From Selaginella moellendorffii (taxonomy: Eukaryota > Plantae > Lycopodiophyta): a stretch of DNA of 64,000 nucleotides. Location of the stretch: assembly GCF_000143415.4 (NCBI RefSeq), contig NW_003314266.1, positions 1,324,463-1,388,462 of the forward strand, in the 5' to 3' direction. This document shows, piece by piece, positions 59,958-64,000 of the stretch (positions within the stretch are counted from its first letter, which is position 1; every line of letters begins with the position of its first letter). Under the pieces are notes generated by a model that saw only the letters and a list, made by a program, of their open reading frames with translations, searched no databases and was not told the origin of the DNA. The translations under genes and the position numbers were made by a program.

Positions 59958-62900
59958 ATGGTAAGTCTTTTAGGCCAAGTAGAAAATGGCATGAGGCCAC
60001 ATGCCATTCAGTAGCAACATTGGCATGCACCGATTGGGCTCTCGAGTGCAGTCCGGTTACAGATGGCATGTAGCCTCACGCCATCTTAGGATGTAGCCTC
60101 AAGACATCTGATGCAGTGGTGAATGGCGTGTGGCCTCACGTTATTTCCAGCTGCTAGCTTTTCATCTGTCAGCTCTAATTGTTGTGCATTTCTGAACAGG
60201 CGAGGAATTGCGTTCTTCTTCCAGCCACTGTCAATGTGGATGCAGAGAAGGGGGAGGAGCTCACCAGTTGGACTTTCGGGATGGAAAGCGAGGATCTGAG
60301 GCTGTACAACACAGATGGTGGGAGAAAAGAATGCATGGGGATCCTCATCCAAATGACAGACACTCCATGCAGTTCCATGCAAGAATATGGATTGGCACTT
60401 GTGGTAGAGACAGCGTCCGCCTTCAAGATCCACCTTGCACATCCTAGCGGCTTCCTGAAGGGGGGCAGCAGCTATGAGGAATTCTTAGAGGGAGCTAGGG
60501 AGAGGTTGTCCAGGAGGCCCACAATTTCAAAGATGCTGCGGGTCTATGAAGATCACATGGAATCCACGGACCTCACCTACGGCGATGTTCAAAAACTATA
60601 TTCCAACATTGAGCCATTGAGAGTGCCTCCAGTTCGCGAAGCGAAGGGGAAGGGGGTCGATCTGGAAACTACCCCGAAGTAGAAAAGGGTGGTCAAGCTC
60701 AAGCCAACGTCCGACTCTCTTGCTCCAAAAAAGAAGCTACTCGGTGATGCCATTGCCTCGGGTTCGAACACTACACCCACCAAAAAGAAGAGCCACAAAG
60801 AGCAGAAAGAGCAAGAAGAGGCAGCAAAAATCGTCGCAGATAATAGTACTTGTTACTATTCCAACAAAGTATATACAATCGACGTGAGCCGTATCGACAT
60901 CCAAAGCAAATACAACCACAGGTTAGTATCTGATGAGTGGGTGGAGAAACTGAAGCAGAAGATGCTGGCAAGTCCAGTAACACCCGATATCGCAGACGTG
61001 ATCCCCTACTACCGAACAATGAAGGGCGAGACGAGGTTTCCAGACTTGATCAATAGGAAGGTGTTGGACGATCAGAACATCCGGTTCTATGCCGTCTCCG
61101 GGCAGCATTCTAGCTTGGTGATGCAAGAGATAGTTGTGGATATTATGGTGGGCGAGGAAGTGAAGAAAGTCTTCAAGACAAGAGTTGTCCGCCTGATAAA
61201 AGGCAACTCGCCCCTCCGATCTATCATATCCATCTCCCACGCGCAGAATGTCAAGCAAGAAACGTGCTACAAATCGGGTCTGCACGAGACATTGGCACGA
61301 ACACGGAAGCTCTGGGTTCAACTGAAGAAGCCATAAAAACCAGGACAAGGACGTGCACTAGCAACTAGCGCCTGGCAGGTAAGCCTCGTTGCATGTGGCA
61401 TAGCATGTGGCCTCACGCCATTTCCATTGCAGGAATTCTCGAGTCTTCTCTCGAAAACACTGGGGGTCAATGACACACTCAGCATCCATAACATTCTACT
61501 CGCGACAAAAGTTGTTTTTGACAAATGGGTAGATGTGCTGAGGAGGTACCATGACGGGGAGTTGCTAAACTCAATGGGTGTGGAGGACGGCCGGAAGCCC
61601 AATGATTTGAAGCTCAACGCCTTGCGTTTCTCGCGGTCTCTAGACGATGACGACCTTCTGACAGTGGCTAATGCTCTTCTACGTGGTGAGGTAGTCTTCA
61701 ACAAGACCAAAATGACTCCCGGCCATATTGTGACATACGAGGACTTGTGCACAACTCTGAGAGCTCGTGCGCTATTGAAGGATTGGATCTTCGAGCAAGT
61801 GGCCGTGGAGAGGGTGAGCATCGACACCACGCAAGAGATGATGGAAGAGCTGGAGTTGTCAAATGAAGACATCGACGACTACGTGAAGGGGGCCCCCAAG
61901 TTCATCGATCTGCTGCGGGATGCCACGAAAAGTAAAGCTGAGAAGTTGGATCAGTATCCAAATTTCATTAAGAGGGATGTCGACCGCTGGCTTCAGAAAC
62001 AGCTCGACCCCGCAGCAGAGGCCTATCGAGAACCTTACCGGGTATACGTGAATTCGGATGAGGATCAAAGGTGGAGGAGCATCGTTTCCCGCGGAGATGA
62101 GCAGGTCAAGAACATCTTTTGTGTGATGGACTTCACAAACGAGGAGATCACTCATGCAGACGAAGTCAGCTCCATCATTGACTTAATGGTGGGACTTGCG
62201 GAGGTGGAATCTTCAGTCCACTATATGATCTACGACTCCGAATCCTATCACAAGTTCTGGAAGGCCTTGAACGAGGTGAAGGCTCGGTTGAAAGGCAAGG
62301 AGATGCAGGAGATCCATGGGATAATGGCTAAGAAGAAGATACCGACGAATGTCCGCATCTTCACACTCGCCCTTGTTATTGGTCCTGCAGCAGAGTGGGA
62401 CTGGAGTGACTTCCCAGCTTCGTTCGACAAGGCCGATCGAATTGATCTGAGGGAGGTCAATTTACCCGTGCCTGAGGAACTGAAGACGGCTATGGAGCTT
62501 TCGAATCCAGAGAAAGCTCCAGGTGTAGCATGGGAAATGCTCAGCTGGGTCTTCAACGCAATAGCACCTGCTTCCGACTCCAAGGGCAAATGCGTTGTCA
62601 AGTACAACTGCGGCAGACTATTCTTTCGAGCCGCACTACTCAAGGGTGTCCCGTGTGTTGCGGTGACAAACTCCATTGAAGAGGTGACTTCAATGAAGCA
62701 TATAATTACAGTTGCCAAAGAAAAACAGTATCTTCTTTGCGAACCTGGTGAGTACGCACTTTAAGTTTAAATGTTATCTCACAAGCTCTGTATGCAGGAG
62801 CGTGGCCACCCCCAGATGCTGAAATGGCGTTAACAGCTACTGTTGGGCCGAGCTCACAACCTGCACAAGGTAAGGTCACGTGAGGCCTCACGCCATTTTG

Positions 62901-64000
62901 ATTATAGATCGTTGTGAATATTCAGACACGAGGACTAAAAAGCGCACTAGTGGCGCGTCGAAGAAGGACAAACAGACAAGCAATAGGAAAAAAGGAGGTA
63001 CAAATTATATTTGCAATGGCGTGTGGTCTCATGCCATTCCTTGCAGGAGACACTTCTTCAAAGGCAAAACAGGCAAGCACCAGCCAAGCTCAAACTAACA
63101 GTGGTCATAAAAAGCGAAAGCACGTTGGACAGTCGTCGGGATCAGAGGCGTTTGATTCGAAAAGGAAGAAGGGCAACGAAAAGATGATAGATAATGCCTC
63201 GCGGTCACCACCTCCTGACTCAGATTCCTATGGCGGACTCCCCTTCCCCAATCTCAATGGAGAGGTACAATGGATGAGGGATGCTTTTCAAGTCAGGGCC
63301 ATGTTTTTCTCATCTCGTCGTCTTCAAAGGGTGCAAGAACGTGCAGAAACCATGTTAAGACAGTCGGGTGAGGATACAGTCCTAGGTCACGCACTAAAAC
63401 AAGCTATGGATGTCTTGTATTTTGAGATGGAGACTCGGCCAGATGATTTTCCCAAGATGGTCCTGGAAGAACAAGCCATCCAGCCTGAGCAGCCTATGGA
63501 AGAAATGCAGGAGGGGGATGAGGAGCCAGAGAAAGATAATGAGCAGGAAGAGCAGAAGGACGAAGAGGAGGACAAAGAAGAGGAGGACGAAGAAGAGGAG
63601 GACGAAGAGGACTTGGATGGTCCTCACAATGGTGACAATCACAATAACAACGACGACGATGATGACGACGATGACCAACCTGAGGTGGCCAAAGAGCAGC
63701 GGAGGAAGGTCATACAAGACAAACCATCAGGTAAATAATAGTACATCCATTCCTAACCTTTTACCATTTCTAACATTGTCCATGTAGGTCGCAAAGCAAA
63801 TGGTAAGTAGAGATTATTCAGTTGAATTAAGATACAAACTCTAGCCTTTAGTGTCGAGGAAGGATAGTGCCAAGCAAGGGTCGAAACGTATGTCCAATCC
63901 TTCAGAATCAGTAGTGCGCCCAAGTGATATCGGTCCTAGTTCCTCAATAGCAGTTGATGGTAAATACAGTATAGTCGATTCAATGTGCTAATGAGTTTGT
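59958..64000 (+). CDS. Spliced cargo gene: ParB/Srx-like domain, degenerate N4/N6-DNA-methyltransferase-like fold and acidic tail; two in-frame stops (60680, 61334); runs off the window
   Basis: ATG|GTAAG at 59958, intron 59961-60199. Same frame through 61378, intron 61379-61432, exon to ~62746, further GT-AG introns (62870-62925, 62998-63046). Motifs YTIDVSRIDI..HRLVSDEWVEKLKQKM..FYAVSGQHSSLVMQEI and NPEKAP..LSWVFNAIAP..GKCVVKYNCGRLFFRAALLKGVPCVAV. Confidence 0.65.

Larger units (their letters stand above)
52909..63037. repeat. Dispersed 22-bp palindrome family, consensus ATGGCRTGWGGCCWCAYGCCAT (~19 clear copies plus several degenerate)
   Basis: Starts at 52909, 52998, 53598, 53758, 53904, 55246, 55303, 57149, 57219, 57317, 57929, 58860, 59098, 59986, 60063, 60123, 61400, 62875, 63016; degenerate at ~53405, 53517, 58004, 58680, 58939, 59233. 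Confidence 0.95.
52367..64000. mobile_element. Large Sola-like DNA transposon with cargo genes (left boundary approximate, right end outside the window)
   Basis: Begins where gypsy homology to 34560-34610 ends. Contains a DDD transposase, a divergent cargo gene, a small ORF and an element-wide 22-bp palindrome. Confidence 0.65.

Noticed and set aside
54079-61336. Programmed read-through or U-to-C editing of the in-frame stops
   Set aside because: U-to-C editing is known from plant organelles, not nuclear TEs. C>T decay explains the stops and matches the CpG decay nearby.
52909-63037. Palindromic repeats as a CRISPR array
   Set aside because: Spacing is irregular (tens of bp to kb), copies lie in spliceosomal introns, there are no cas genes and the context is eukaryotic.

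Overview
Eukaryotic, intron-containing land-plant nuclear DNA. The ~50-65 bp introns, very short intergenic spacers and gene content suggest a compact lycophyte genome such as Selaginella; this is inference. Left end: an intact V-ATPase c-subunit gene sits head-to-head with a GNAT+tandem-BRCT gene. The GNAT-BRCT gene and a ~2 kb AT-rich block recur three times as a tandem segmental duplication. Copies 2 and 3 are broken by nested TEs: Ty3/gypsy relics, a TA-flanked TIR element, a 5S-rRNA-bearing Cassandra-type TRIM, a 10.6 kb LTR element with two nested solo LTRs, a Tat-like gypsy element and a MULE-SWIM relic. Also present are ATXR3 and phototropin pseudogene fragments, a frameshifted dirigent-like gene and an intact, extremely AT-rich secreted bulb-lectin ORF. 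The most striking region is 52.4-64 kb, a large Sola-like DNA transposon. Its ~1000-codon DDD transposase is transcribed divergently from a spliced cargo gene encoding a ParB/Srx-like domain plus a degenerate N4/N6-DNA-methyltransferase-like fold. The whole element carries about 20 copies of one 22-bp palindrome (consensus ATGGCGTGAGGCCTCACGCCAT), mostly in introns and non-coding DNA. This is a candidate ParB/parS-like or VANC-like self-recognition system inside a plant transposon. Domain assignments are from motif recognition by eye and need HMM or structure confirmation.
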